A stretch of 64,000 nt of DNA from the human T2T-CHM13v2.0 reference genome, Homo sapiens (GCF_009914755.1 NC_060938.1); one strand, 5' to 3'; positions 12,551 to 28,520 are shown, counted from the first letter of the stretch. Notes: generated from the sequence alone by a model not told the origin. Numbers and translations are program-made.

Positions 12551-13224
12551 TAACTTCATTTCAGAGTAGGATCTTTGCTGATGTAATCAAGTTAAGATGA
12601 GGTTACAAGGCATTAAGACCGATCCTAATCTAATGACTTGTGTCTTTATAAGAGGAGAGGAATGTGGATACATGTATACACAGAGAGAAGACAGCCGTGT
12701 AAAGATGAGGGCAGAAATTTGAGTTAAGCTGCCCCAAACCAAGGAACACAAAGCATTACTGGCAACCACCACTAACTTGAAGAGAAAAGGAAGGATTTTA
12801 CCTGAGCAGCTTTGGAGGGAGTGCAACTGGGTCAACACCCAGATTTTAAACTGCTGTCTTCCAGCACTGTAAGAGAATACATTTCTGTTGTTTTAAGCCA
12901 CCAGTTTGTGCTCATTTACTACAATAGTCCTAGGAAACTAATACAAGGAGTAAAAAAGTAGAAACTCTGTTTTTCCTTTCCTTTACTCAGGTTCTTAAGG
13001 ATAACATAATTCTCTGGCATGCCAGATCCTTCTCCATCTCCACTCATGAGAAGGAGCACTGAGAGTTAGAAGATGGCAAAGCAACAGAAAAAAATTTGAC
13101 CTAAAGGTTAAAAAAGTGGATCTTAGAAGCTGTTTCTTGGATTAATAACAGTACGTTACAATTGGGAAGCACTTTCTACTAATATGACCCTCAAGGACCC
13201 CTTAGATGCAGATAAAGCAAACGA

Positions 13225-13360
13225 GAAAGCTCTCAAATGGCAAATGAAGAAATTTAGAATCTGAGAGATTTAATAACTTGTTCAAGTTGTTCAACAAATC
13301 AGTACAAAAACTTGAATTGGAGCCTAGATCTCCCTACCCAATACTTTATTTTTACTGTTC
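13225..13360 (-). mobile_element. MIR fragment
   Basis: caaatgaagaaatt...ctgagagatttaataacttgttcaag. Confidence 0.6.
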
Positions 13361-13951
13361 TGCCATGAATCTCACAAACAGATATCACTAGCTTCTGATT
13401 TTCTGACATGATATTTGACCTTCTGTTTAAAACTCGGTACCAGTAACCCCATGGGCTGAGTTACTTCACCAGAGAGGCATTTGTGGCGCTGCTGGGGGAT
13501 TCAGCTTCTGTTAACTAGCACGTATGGAGTCCTTTTTATAAAATACACTTGAAAGCCACAGAAAATGTATGTGGGTTGGGAATAAGATCCCTACGACAGG
13601 CAAAGGGCATTGAGGAAATGAGAATTTAAAAGAAATGAAAGAATAGAGTCTAAAAGTTGCTGAAAGTGCTCTTGGGAATATGATTTATGACTTGAAACAT
13701 AAAAGGTCCAGAACAAACTACAGAATAAAGAACAGTGGCTCCCAACTGTCAGGCCACAGGAAAGAGCCAGGCTGAGAGCAGAAGAATCCTCTGAAGAATT
13801 TATTAAAAGGAGCCAGACCAGAACTTCTGTGGAGGAAATTCTGACTAGACAGATCCAGAGCAGAGTTCTCTTGAGTGATTATGAGGTCTAGGCAAGTTTG
13901 GGGATGATTGGTTCTGAAGAGATGTAAGGTTTGTACCTGGAGTTTACCAAG

Positions 13952-14315
13952 TGATATGGTTTGGTTGTGTCCCCACCCAAATCTCATCTTGCGTTGTCGC
14001 TCCCATAATTCCCACGTGTTGTGGGAGGGACTTGGCAGCAGATAATTGAATCATGGGGGTGGTTTCCCCCTTACTATTCTCATGGTAGTGAATAAGTCTC
14101 ATGAGATCCGAAGGCTTTATAAGGGGAAACCCCTCTCGCTTGGTTCTCATTCTCTCTCTTACCTGCTGTCATGTAAGATGGGGATTTCACCTTCTGCCAT
14201 GATTGGGAGACCTCCCCAGCCATGTGGAACTGTAAGAATATTAAACCTCTTTTTCTTTATAAATTACCCAGTCTTGGGTGTGTCTTTATCAGCAGCGTGT
14301 AAATGGATTAATACA
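13952..14315 (+). mobile_element. THE1C-like MaLR solo LTR
   Basis: tgatatggtttgg...ccccacccaaatctcatcttg...taataca; 5-bp TSD ccaag on both sides. Confidence 0.95.
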
Positions 14316-15734
14316 CCAAGTTTTCTCAATAGTCAAACTCTTCCTGCCCTCATTAATACTACCCATGTTTGCCTAATATCTCCATAAGAAGGGGCCCATG
14401 GAATGCCAGATACTTAATATAGAAGGATGGGTACTCTGAGGCTTAGGGCTTCATCTGATTCCTCTTAGATCAGGTAAAGGCAAAACTTTCTGGTGTTTTT
14501 TGTTTGTTTGTTTGTTTGCAGTACCTTTACATGCTTTTGGTCTCTGTATCACTAGGAGTCTCTTTTTACCTGAATCTGGAGTCTGCTGGCAAAATTGTAA
14601 AGCAGGAAATATTCAGGATTTGTCCATGACCCCTTTCAGTGCAGTTCATCTATCAAAATATGCAGCCTGTTTGGGAATACCTGATCAGAAGGCAAAGCAT
14701 GGGCAGAGGACACAATATAGTCAGCTCAATGAATTAGTTCAAAATATGCAATGGAACATTGTCAGCATTTGGAATTTCCTTGATCTATGTAATAGATTTT
14801 TTTTTTTTTTTTTTTTTTTAGAATTACATATGATACTGGTGCCAGGATCTTTGCAGTTTTGGTGGCTTCTGAATCTCCTAATCCAGCCTATTCTTTTACT
14901 TTACATTAGTTGCCAATCACATCTTCTTGGTTGCTCTCTTTCTCTCTTTTTTCAACTCCTGTTTAGGTATTCAAAATATTTCTACTCATTCCCAAATTAA
15001 TGTTGGTTTCAATAGGACTTGATAAATTCACTTGGAATAAATGTTACAGGCTGCTTCTTTCAAAATGTGTTAAATCTCAGAATTTGGCATAAGTGGCAAG
15101 TTCATAGTAGAGCTATTTTGGGGCCCTGTAGCTTTCCAACTTCCTCTCAAATTATACTCAAAGACAGCTATCTATTCTTGCTGCTTTTGAAGACACTTCT
15201 GACTGCTGTAGCCAAAAAAAAAAAAAAAAAAAAACCCGTGTTGCTCTAACTTTTTTCTTCAATTTTCAGTTGTCCTATTACTAATGAGCTAGCTTTAGCT
15301 GTGTGTTGGTTTATTGAATGCTTAAATTGCTCCAGTTGAAGCTATGTACTACATTATTAATTATTAACCTCCTTCACCCTCCTTCAAAGTTGCCTTTTCA
15401 AGGATTTGAAGTGATTCAACGGGCATTCAAATAGTAATCTAGGGACTTCCAAATTTTCTGAGAAACCCCTACTGCTTTGATGTTCTTCAGAACTTATGGT
15501 ATGCAGGGTCTGTCTCTCTTGTAAGTTTTGTAGTATCCACAACCTCATTGGAAATCAGAATAATTTATCTTGTAGATTTTCATCGCCTTTGGCTGCTGGT
15601 CCCAGTTAGATCAAGAAAACAAAGAATAGAAGATTTAATTTGGTGTCAAGAAACTCAAAAGGGCATTTGGTATGATATTACAGATACAGTCAGGGTTTTT
15701 TGTTTGTTTTTCTTTTCTTCTTTGCTTTTATTCA

Positions 15735-15737
<3 letters not shown>

Positions 15738-15777
<40 letters not shown>
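15738..15777. repeat. (AC)20 microsatellite
   Basis: direct reading. Confidence 0.95.
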
Positions 15778-15780
<3 letters not shown>

Positions 15781-18278
15781 TTACAGTCAGGGAAGAATGT
15801 AGTTAACATCTAACTGTAGCATGGACTAAAATTACTGTAAATATTACTAAGAGAATAAATTTGTATCCTGGATCTTCAAGTTTTGGAATCTCTCCAAGAC
15901 CAAGTTAGCAACAGAACAATAGGTAATACTCTAAGGATGACTAATTAGCCCCTGCTTTGGAATTTCAGTTCCCATAGGATGTCTCTAATGATTATTTTCC
16001 ACTGGTATTACCTGTGGAGGCTTGTATAACTTGAAGAGCTGAATGTGATGAAAATAGCTCCTTCCAGACTCTCTGACTTTATTATTATCAATGGGTATTT
16101 TATAGAAGCAGAGAACACCTTTTCCTAGCTCAAATTTGAAGAAATAGAACAAGGTGTTTTTAAATGCACATACATAGGGTCCCTCCAAGACACACATAAT
16201 TGGAGTTAACAAAATGACCTGTAAAGAAGACTGGATAGCCTAACAAGTAAGGATGACAGGCACATATTTTGCCCTGTATATACAGTGGAATTTGCCTCTT
16301 TAGATCAGAACAGGACAAACTAGTTAACCAGAGACCGTATAATTTACAATTTACAGTAGTTGTATTTAATGAGGCCACTGAGAGATTGGAGAATGTGTGC
16401 AGAAAGCAGGGAGAATGAAAGTCATTCTATAATAGAAAACAGAGGTTTCCAAATGTAATTTCGGAAGACAGAGAATGGTATAGTAAAAATCAGCATCACA
16501 GCCATGTCTAGAGAAACATTCTTATTCCTTCAGCTTCCATTAAATCAAATACTGAGTGGCAATTACTGAAATACAATGGGCACAGTCAGGATCTGACCAC
16601 CCTTAACCTTTCTGGGTTTTAAGAACCATTTGTCCCTGGTCACATGGTGCCTCCGTCACATGACGTGACTGTTATACCATAGACTTCAGTGCCATGTGGA
16701 AAAATCTACCATCTTCTGAATGGTTCAGTTATTCCAAGGTAATTCAAGACATCTTTATTAAGACATCCAGTATTCAGTGTGTGTTTAAATAGACTCTTGG
16801 GTCCTGAAAAGCATAACCTTAAGTAATGTCCAGGTTGTCATCTGTTTAGGAGAGAATGGGGTATACTTACGGATTCAGGACTGTTAAATTGAGGGCACAC
16901 ACTTAGAACAATGTACACAATGAAGCCCAACACTGTAAATATTTATTCCACAATGGGGTTCAGAGAAGCCTGCACTAAGGAACTAAAAATTAGACAAGCG
17001 GGATCAACTGGCAACATCATTAACATTTCATATTTTTGTTTTCTAGTTATCGCTGCTATGTTGTTAAATGTATAATTATTTCAAATGATTCTTAAAATGT
17101 CTCACAGTCTTATCAGGTTGTTTAGCAATTGCATTTGTATTTGATCAACTTGGAAACTGGGGCTCAGAAATAAAACTGGCTTGCTGTGGATTTAGCCCTA
17201 AATTAATGACATTTCCTGGAGGTTTAAAGAAAAAGTAAGATGGAGTAGAGAAGAGGACAAGTTATCTCACCAGGTCACAAATCACCTTGATGTTTCCACC
17301 CTTGGGGTGTTTTACCAAATAGGTTATTCTACATGCTATCCATAGAAACTGGAAGTATCAGACACATTGGACAGTGCTTCATAGGGACAGTTAGAGAGGC
17401 CCAATTCAGGAGAGGGTTCTTGTCAGAGACTGGACATTTTAAATGGCCAGATGTAATCTGAGTTTGTTTTCTAAACCACCTATTTATAAACACCCACATA
17501 TACCAATAACAGTTTTCCAATTGCCAGCGTCAAGGTGAACCAAATCAGAATAAACCTCTCCATGGTGTCTGAAAAGTGTTGCACCCATTATATGAAAAAA
17601 TATTGTAATGGTCAGGGCTTTTGTAGGTCTTATGATGGTTTTTGACTTTAGATGATAAAGAGGCATCAGATATGCCACTGGTAGGAGTGAAGGGAGTGAG
17701 TTGGGAGGATTGGAAACAAGGTGTATCACTGCTTGATCCTAAAGAGACATTGAAGCTTAGACACATGTCCTTAGGACTTAAAACCCTGCTAGCATTTTTT
17801 ACACATACCGCTTCCTTTCTTCACAAGCCTGGCAGACTCTTCTGTTGAGAATTATTTTCTCATTAAGACGAAGCTTCATGAGCATATTTAACCATCTTTA
17901 TAAAAAAATTCTTTTAGGGCCCTAAATAGACTTATGGAAATGAGAGTCTTAAAATATAATTGAATCAAGGTTTTGCAACACTCTACATGTCCTTGAATTC
18001 CAGAAGAATCTTTCCATCCTTCCTGTGGTCCTACGTCCAGGATCCACGTTCTTTCATTTCATATGTGTGCCTGTTTATCTCCAATCCAGCCTAGTTTAAT
18101 TAAGCCCACCAAATCTCATTTAATCAGTTATTTAAGTATGTAGTATTATATCAATTGGTGGAATGAGAAGAGGGAAATGAGGGGAATTATGAAAGGGTTT
18201 CTAAAATAAATATATTACAAAGCCCTTCAAAGACTTTTAAGAACCTTAAGAGAATCAAATAAAAACAACATACCACAT

Positions 18279-18580
18279 ATGCTGGCCCTCCTTATCTGTG
18301 GGTTCCACATCTGTGGATTCAACCAATCAAAGATCAAAAATATTCAGGGGATAAAATAGATGGTTTCATCTTCCTAACATGTACAGATTTTCTCTTGTCA
18401 TTATTTCCTAAACAATACAGTGTAACAACTATTTCCAAGGCAATTACATTGTATTAGGTATGCAGAAGGATGTGCATAGGTTATATACATATACTATACC
18501 ATTTTATATAAGGGACTTGAGCATCTGTGGATTTTGGTATTGAAGGGGGGCTAATCCCCCAAGAATCCCAACAGATATAC
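18279..18580 (-). mobile_element. MER2 (Tigger-derived DNA transposon)
   Basis: ggccctccttatctgtgggttccacatctgtggattcaacc...gggacttgagcatctgtggattttggta. Confidence 0.9.
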
Positions 18581-18884
18581 ACATGCACACACACACACAC
18601 CAACATAGGTACATACGGATAGTAATTTCTTTAATCATGAAATAAATAAGTAACCAAATTGTCTGGATAAGTCCGCTCTTAACTCTAGTGTGACCAGATA
18701 CTGGATCTCTGTCTTTTCAGAGCCTCCCCCAGCACCTCCTGGAATTGCACTCAAGGTCAAGCTTAAAGTCAGCTACTGATGTTACTCCTGTCACAGCAAA
18801 TTCTTCAAATCCATGTTCCTATGTCTTAGCGTTCTTACTATGCACCAGTAGTCACTTGCAAAAATATAATCACTTGAGAAGCTT

Positions 18885-20740
<1,856 letters not shown>

Positions 20741-21227
20741 ATACTACTTCTTCCCCAAATAGAGAGAGCCATTAAACATGTATTGCTTATCCTTTCAGAG
20801 AGTATATTTAAAGAGACATATTCTTGGAACTTACTTTCAATCTACCAATTTAAAATATCCCAGAGTGGGACCAGATGTTTCTGATGCATATCTCTGATTA
20901 CAAACCCTATATGCTCTTCTTTAAATATCTCATTCATTCCCTGGTCTCAACTATAACTTAAAATATATTGACTCAAAAACCTATTTCTAGCCTTCAATCT
21001 CTTCTAGGTGACAAACTACTGGAGATCCTGATCGGATAATATAATGTCATCCTATTTTATTATATTCATAATGATCTTATTTGTTAAGGGCCTCTATGTT
21101 AACAAATTTTTAGAGATCCTTAATTTTTCCTTTTCCTTACATTCTATATTAATCTTTACATTTCTTCAAAATTGTTCATCAAATTCAATCTTCTTCCCTG
21201 TCTATTCTGTCACAGACTTTGTCCAGA

Positions 21228-21428
21228 CAAAGTTTCTCTACTAGGCACTATTGATATTTTGGATGAGTTACTTTTTTGTTGGGAAAGCAGAATGTTTAGC
21301 AGCACTCCTGGCCTCTATCTAGATGTCGGTATCAGCTTTCCAGGTGTGACAAGCAAAAATGTCTCCAGACATTGCCAGACTTCTCCTGTGTATAGGTGAG
21401 AGGGATCTCCCTCAGTTGAGAACCGCTG
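21228..21428 (+). mobile_element. MER20 (hAT-Charlie), within L2 debris
   Basis: ggcactattgatattttgga...tgtttagcagca...aaaaatgtctccagacattgcca...gttgagaaccgctg. Confidence 0.9.
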
Positions 21429-22749
21429 GTTTGGTATAAATCTTCACCATATTGTTCTTAGACTACTGCAAACGCTTGTGCCTGATTCTGCTTTTAATAT
21501 CAAATCTTCTACATTGCAGTTAAAGTTATCCATTATGTTGCTGAGTATATTCTTGTTACTCCCATACTTTGTTTTCTATAGGAAATCCACAAGTTTCATA
21601 TAAGGCTATAAACTGTACTTCAGTGGGAATGTTTTATACTGTCATATTTTGTCCCTTATCTTTCCATCCCATTCTACATAGTTTCATTCTCTACTGTAGT
21701 GACAGCTGATTTATTCCACTTCTTTAAATCTTCGATTTTTTTTTGGTCTTATTCTTCCATAGACATGATTTTCCTTTTGTTATATGCCACCTTTTTCTTA
21801 AGATGGAAAGCCCCTAATCACTCTTCAAGGCAGTTCTCAAAAGTTGAATAGTGAGTAGAGCTTTTCCTGACACCCCACATCTCAAATATTACACTCAACA
21901 TCTTGCATGGTAATTGTTTGTTAGGCTCTATCCCTCTCATTTTTCAGGCAGCTCGTGGAGGAGAGCTGGATTTATTCCAGTGCCTATCACAGTGCACAAA
22001 GGAGGCATCCACCTGTATCTTTACTAACACTTTTTCCTACTGTATCTTATGTCCATAGCCATGGAGAAAGGACTTCAGCAATGGAAATATTCCCTTGAGG
22101 CAACTGGGCTTAAAGTGTGATTGACCGAATGTGATCAAAAGTACAACTTATAAAAAAAGAAAACACTTCTTTCAGGGTTACTCTTAACTTTAAAATGCAT
22201 TTTATTACTGCTGGAATTTGAAATAAAAGTTAGTAGTCCTTAACATAAGAAAATGGTACCCATGGCATTTCTAGAACTGACTGCAGAGGGCTCCTTGCGG
22301 TGCCAGAAAAGGTCTGTTCCTCCTGACAGCACAGCCTCTGATCTGTAACTCTGAGCCTCATTACTCAACTGAGCCTTTCAGGGGTGGCTGCTGTCTGTTG
22401 GCCCATGCACACCCTTGCAAAAATTCAGGAAAGAACCAGAGTAATATTGAGACATTGGCTCTGCTAGCCTGTCTGGAGAGAAAGCTGCACTTGATATTAG
22501 GGAAATTATTGACCAGAAAGACATAGAGAAATGGGGAAAAATAAACAGCACTTGAGTCCCTTGTTCAGCTTTATGTGGAAAAGTAACATCTGTAAAATGT
22601 AGGGAGAAAAATGTTAAAGAAATAGGGATTGACAATTTGTAAGAGCTATCTCTTCCTATCAAAGTTTATTCTTAATTTGAGCCTTTGCTCTTCTTGGTAT
22701 AATAAGTTATATAAGCTTCTTACTTTCTAGATAAAATAGAAAAGGAAAA

Positions 22750-22990
22750 ATAAATGAATGTTCACTAAATATATACTATATTTCAACCACCCGGCTATTT
22801 GATTTTTCATATATGAATTTGTAATAAAGCTGCAAAGTAAGTAGTATTTTTGTTTTAGCCCACTCCAAAGCTGTGGCTTTGAAAGAATGTGCTTATGGAC
22901 ACAAAACTAGTAGGTCTTGATGTATAATTCAAACATGATTTCATCTGACTCAAAGCTCATGTATATTGCAGTTATCTATTACTTTCCTTT
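22750..22990 (-). mobile_element. MIR relic
   Basis: degenerate MIR text ending attcaaac...tctgactcaaagctcatg. Confidence 0.5.
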
Positions 22991-23637
22991 ATACTTAATA
23001 TTTTTGAGACTTAAGAGTAATCCTTTATTTCTATTATGTGTTTAGTATATAGGCCTGTGTTTACTATGTCATATGAGTAGACATTCAATTTTAAGAAGTC
23101 CTCTTCAATTGGTTGACATTGTTCTTCAGACCTGGCTGGGGTGGGCAAAACAGGTGAAAAGTTCCAGTACTTGTTATCAATTAGGGAATTATAAGGATTG
23201 AGAAACACCTGTTCAAATGCAAATATTCTAGAAATTGTTAAATCTAGAGTAGAATATGTTAATTGGAAATGGAGTGGTTTTTGTATTATGATGTATTTGA
23301 ATTTTTTGCTCACTGAAAGAAGCAGAGGGACATTTACATGAAGGGCAGGATCCAATCCCTACAAATTCTTTCTTTGTTCTAAGTAAGACTAGGCAATGCA
23401 CAGGTGATATAGTACAAGATCTGGGGAGCTAAAATCAATCTTGGAGACAAAATTCTGGCATTGGGGTTTGAGAAGGTGAATTTTATCAGCCTATAGGGAA
23501 AATTTTTATCTTGTATACATAAAGAGAAAGGTAGATGAGATAAAATAGGACCAGGGAAGAAAATGTATAATGGAGGAGGCTTAAGACCAATATTTTTATT
23601 AATTTTTAATTTTTTCTAAAGCTTGATGAAAACCATA

Positions 23638-23999
23638 TGTATTAGTCCATTGTCATGCTGCCTAATAAAGACATACTCAAGAATGAGTAATTTATAAAGG
23701 AAAGAGGTTTAATGGACTCACAGTTCCACATGACTAGAGAGGCCTCACAAACATGGTGGAAGGTGAAAGAAGAGTAAAGGCATGTCTTACATGGTGGCAG
23801 GCAAGACAGCGTATGCAGGGCAACTCCCTTTTATAAAACCATCAGATCTCGTGAGACTTATTCACTCCCATGAGGACAGCATGGGAAAAAGCCCACCCCC
23901 GTGATTCAGTTACCTCCCGCCGGGCCCCTTCTACAACATTTGGGAATTATTACAACTCAAGGTGAGACTTGGGTGGGGACACAGTGCCAAACCTTATCA
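23638..23999 (-). mobile_element. THE1B-like MaLR solo LTR
   Basis: tgtattagtcc...taataaagacatac...gggtggggacacag...aaaccttatca; TSD ccata/cctta. Confidence 0.93.
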
Positions 24000-24174
24000 C
24001 CTTAGTATCACTAAGAGCTATCTAGTGTGATGTGAAGTTTTTAAATATGGCTGCCTCCCCATCTCCACTGCTCTGCCATTAGTCAATGTACATTGGTAGA
24101 ATGCAAAGGAATATTTCCGCCTTTAAAAAGTTATTGCTTCATGTAGTTGCCTGTCTCAAATTATTTTACCATCA

Positions 24175-24340
24175 TTGGTTAATCCTTCCCACATCTCAGA
24201 GTGTCTCAGATATTTGTGAAAATTTCAGATTCCTTTGCTACTCCCTACTGAATCAGACTATCTGATAGCACTCCAGGAATCTACGTGATAGTAAGCTTCC
24301 CTGCTGATTCTAGAACACACAAATATTTTAGAGCCACTAG
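24175..24340. mobile_element. MER5A-like hAT relic
   Basis: cagattcc...ctactgaatcaga...ccaggaatct...tgattct...agagccacta. Confidence 0.65.
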
Positions 24341-24633
24341 TTCAGTTGATCTCTTCGCTGGGCTTTTCTAGCTCTGTTATTTCCTTTTAGAAGTGCAGTT
24401 ATAAGACATCTACATATGGCCCAGGGTTAGCCTCATCAGCACACCCCCAGTAGGAAATTAGAGAGGTTTGGAAAACTTCACTGGACATATTTACGTGGTA
24501 GATTATCTCACACTTCTGGAGGTATTTAGTGGACTTATGAATAATTGGCCATATTAGAATCTAGGCATTCTCATTAAGACTAGCATATCCAGCAAACAGA
24601 ATAAATCAAGCCTAAGGAGAACCAGGTCAACTC

Positions 24634-24985
24634 TGTATTAGTTTGTTTTTACACTGCTATAAAGAACGACCTGAGACTGAGTACTTTATGAAGAAAAAAT
24701 CAATTCACACTTCCACATGGCTGGGGAGGTCTCAGGAAACTTACAATTATGGTGGAAGGCAAAGGGGAAGAAAAGCATATTTTCTCATGGTGACAGAAGG
24801 AGGACATAGGATATGTGCCACACACTTTCAAACAACCAAACCTCATGAGAACTCACTATTACCAGAACAGCAAAGGGGAGGTCCTCCCCATGATTCAATC
24901 ACTTCCCACCAGGCTCCTCTCCCAACATGTGGGGATTACAATTCAACATGAGATTTGGGTGAGGACACAGAGCCAAACCATATCA
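24634..24985 (-). mobile_element. MSTA-like MaLR solo LTR
   Basis: tgtattagttt...cactgctataaagaa...ggggattacaattcaacatgagatttggg...ccatatca; perfect TSD aactc. Confidence 0.93.
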
Positions 24986-26439
24986 AACTCTAAGTTTGGT
25001 GGTGGAATTACAGCAACAACAGTGGAGATGACATATGGACATAGCCATGGAGATGGATGCAAGATCAACTCATGAGATCACCACTACCATTTCGAGATAT
25101 GTATATGGATTCACACAAAAATGCCTGTGCATATAATTATCTCCTTTTTATAAAAGCAGAAATGGAAAGCTGCAGAAATCATCTCAGAAACAAATTGACC
25201 TTCACAGAATTATATAACTATCAAGGAGAAAAGCCAAGGCCCTTTTCCATTTGAATACTGTTATTTCATACAACTGAAAAATTGTATTTCTGTTTGATGT
25301 GCCTCTTCCCTCCTGATGATGCCTGATATTGTTGGACTTTTGGAAAATATTAATAGAGACAGATGTCTCTAAGAAACTGGAGTTCCCTAGGACTCTGGTT
25401 CTTGAGTTGTTTACCAAGAATATCAGTTACTTGCTAATTATATTTGGGGAAAAAAGGAAATTAATCTACAGGAAATAATAACAATAATATCACATCTTTT
25501 GATCATTGGTGGGACTAACTCTAATGTTCTAAGGAACAATTCTCTCTTGATTCATTCAGAATTTAATTTTGTTGAAAGTCCCATTGAATCATAATTAATG
25601 CTACAAAAGCACGATTTAACAAGAGCTTTGGGGTAGCCTTTTAAATATATGGTAGCTAATTAACTATAACTATACAATTTACAAACACATCTATTGAAGA
25701 CTTGAAACTATGAGTAGATATATCCATCTTTTTCGTGCAGTAGCTATTACATCATAAAATTATTTTCAGTCGTTTGCTGATATTTTAAGACTTTCATTAT
25801 AGTTAGATAATGTGCTTAAGACAAAATTTTTCTTCCTTTAAAATGACAGGAAATGACATTTAAGCTTTTGATAAATGTTACTTTATGACACTTGGAAACT
25901 AAAACTGACTGGGGATATAAAATGCTTATAAAATTCAAACAAAAAGTTTCTTCCAGTAACTGGAACTCTTTCCCAGTGCAGAAAGGCCCTAAGTTTTAAT
26001 GATATCAACAGACAGAACACAATTATCTGTGAAGAAAAAGCTTAAATAATGACTCTGCCTTTTGCATACCAAAAGCCACTATAATGAAAAAATTCTCACA
26101 TTGTGTGTGTTTCTGTGTGTGATTTTAGTTGCTTATTGTCATTGTATTTTCAGCACTTGAGAACAAGGATTTAGCCTGGTTATTCTTTGTGGGCACAGCT
26201 CCTTACTTGTGCCAGCTCATAGTTTATGTTCAATAAACATGTGCCATTTGATTAACTGGTTATTAACTTGGCTGTTATTACAGTGTATGGTACCATTCAG
26301 CACCACTCAAAAACTCACATGAATGGAGGAAGAGTTGGCGTAGTAGTGGCAATGCACAGACATTACATACCTAAAGAAATAGACCTCTAAGTCTGTGCCC
26401 CAATTTGGCTGTATCAGACTTTTTGTTTGCTTGTTTTAC

Positions 26440-26630
26440 TTAAGGGTAAATATTGATTTATTGAGTTTATAACCTGTACACAGATCCTGAGTGAAGTGTG
26501 TAAAATATATCCTTTCACTTAAATCTCACAGAAACCTCTATGGGAAGTATAATATCCTCAGTTTTATAGGTAAAGATACTTATATTCAAAGGGGCTAAGC
26601 AATTTGTTCAAGGTCAGAATCACTTAATTC
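26440..26630 (-). mobile_element. MIR
   Basis: tttattgag...tctcacagaaacctctatgg...atcctcagttttatagg...aagcaatttgttcaaggtca. Confidence 0.65.
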
Positions 26631-27058
26631 AGGGGAAAAAATGACAGCAAGAGAAAATTATGGTGGCATGGCCAGCCCACAGTTCTCTTTACAGTCCATC
26701 AATTTCACCTCTTTATGTTAGCATAACATTTTCAGGCTACGATTCTGAAATGAGAGGTCAAAAGAAGAGTTGATAATAAAGCAACCTGAGATTTTTAAAT
26801 TCACTCTGACTTCTAGTGTTTGCTGACTCTGACCATATCTTATTCTACTTGTGAGCTTAACTTCCTGGGTTCCCTGGTACACCTTCCTCCTAGATTTCTG
26901 AGATCATTTTCCTGTTATGTCACCTGAGGCCCTTCAGATTAGAACTTCAATCCCATGACCTTCACCAATTGCTCTGACATGGATTCATTTTTACTGCTTT
27001 GTGTAATGTTCTGCTTTTGTTCTTAACATTGAGCAATGCACCAACTACAAGGAATTTA

Positions 27059-27134
27059 TTAATTTAATGCAAAGTATTGTGGTTTTTGCAATGAAAAGTA
27101 ATAGCAAACCTGCAATTATTTTTTCACCAATCTT
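27059..27134. mobile_element. MADE1 (Hsmar1-derived ~80-bp MITE)
   Basis: palindromic tgcaaagtattgtggtttttgca...gcaaacctgcaattattttttcaccaa; TA flanks. Confidence 0.85.
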
Positions 27135-27569
27135 TACGACTCAAGAGAAAGACTCGAAGTATTTTTCCCTAAAACAAGTAAACAACAACAAGAGCCCCTG
27201 GCTAACACTGAAATTGAACGTTGACTTTATTTCTGTATCTGGGGGATTCTGATTCTTGTTCTTAGTTGTATGTTCACTTTGAGAAGTGCTTGCTTCCTCT
27301 CTGCTCTTCTTCTCTCCCTAACATTTCATATGCAACTATTGTGTTTTACTTCCATCCTTAGTTCTCTTCTTTCCATATGACTTCTCCCTTTTTTGTGCTA
27401 TTCGCAACAGTTTAAATTATTCAATTTTAGCAATAAAGCCCAAAATACCAGGAGACTACTTAATAAAATAATTTTGTCCCTAGAAAGAATTTTCCTGAGC
27501 TAAACTCTAAAGTATTTACAGTGAGTCTTAATACTAAGTAAGAATAGGAGAATGGTGGTGATAGTAATC

Positions 27570-27810
27570 TAATAAACAACAAACATTTATTCAGTGACTT
27601 AATAAGTGCCTGGCACATTGCTAAGTATTTTATATGCATTCTTGTTTTTTTAATTTGTATAACTTTCAGATAGATACAACCACTGTTCCAAAAATGTGGA
27701 AACAAGCTGAAAAAAAAATCTAGTTCATTGTCTAAGATCATCCTATTGAGTCAGGATTCAAACCTATGCTTGTCTAAATCTAAACACAGAGCTATTAGCC
27801 ACTAAAAGTG
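27570..27810 (-). mobile_element. MIR
   Basis: aacatttatt...gtgcctggcacattgctaag...gagtcaggattcaaacct. Confidence 0.7.
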
Positions 27811-28464
27811 ACCTCCTGGCTCTTAGTATCCCTCTCTATACCAGTGTTTTTCTTTCTTTTACTGGAAGAAAATAAGACTTGTGTATTTCTAGAAACACGT
27901 CCAAGACCACACAACTAGTACATAATAGGGCCAGGATATCATCTTGGTTGCCTGAATCATTTCAGAACAGCAGGTAAAAATATCCTAGAAGGTATGACAC
28001 ATAAAGACATCATTGTCTTTATAAATTTGGGAGACATTGCTATAAAACATTGTACATTCCCTAAGAATGTCTAGCTTTGGTTCAAAGAAACAACTTTTAT
28101 CACTCCCAAGAGCCACGTTACTCCACAGGCAACCTGAGTCGTCTTAGTGAAGCAGCGGAACCTGCCATTCCCATGCTTGTCGCCCAGTATGAGTGTCTTT
28201 TACAGTCTAGCTGAGCACTCAAGTCAGAACCCTGCCAGACATGTTAATAGGCAAAGCTTCTTTGGGGGAGCCAATAGGAGACGTGTGAAAGATTGCAGAG
28301 CCTCAGCCTCACATTGCTCTAAATTGTCTGTCACAGTGAGTCAGCCTCATCTGCCAGAAACAGAAGATAGAAGACCTAAGAAGAGACAACAGAGTCTCAC
28401 CCTATAAATATGATATGGCAGGCACGTTCTTTAGAGACCTATAATGCTTATTATATTTCTATTT

Positions 28465-28465
<1 letters not shown>

Positions 28466-28519
<54 letters not shown>
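28466..28519. repeat. (GT)27 microsatellite
   Basis: direct reading. Confidence 0.95.

Positions 28520-28520
<1 letters not shown>

Larger units (their letters stand above)
11904..12945 (+). mobile_element. MLT1C-like MaLR solo LTR, split by an ERV1 LTR
   Basis: tgtactgg...gatgtaatcaagttaagatgagg...ttttaagcca...cctaggaaactaataca; TSD agaag/aggag. Confidence 0.85.

Noticed and set aside
13467-13495. CTCF-like caccagagaggca / gtggcgctg
   Set aside because: Only partial matches with wrong spacing.
14500-15000. 166-aa plus-strand ORF, the longest non-L1 ORF
   Set aside because: Starts at a non-ATG codon in a (TTTG)n tract, runs through a poly(T) (poly-Phe) and has no recognisable domain.
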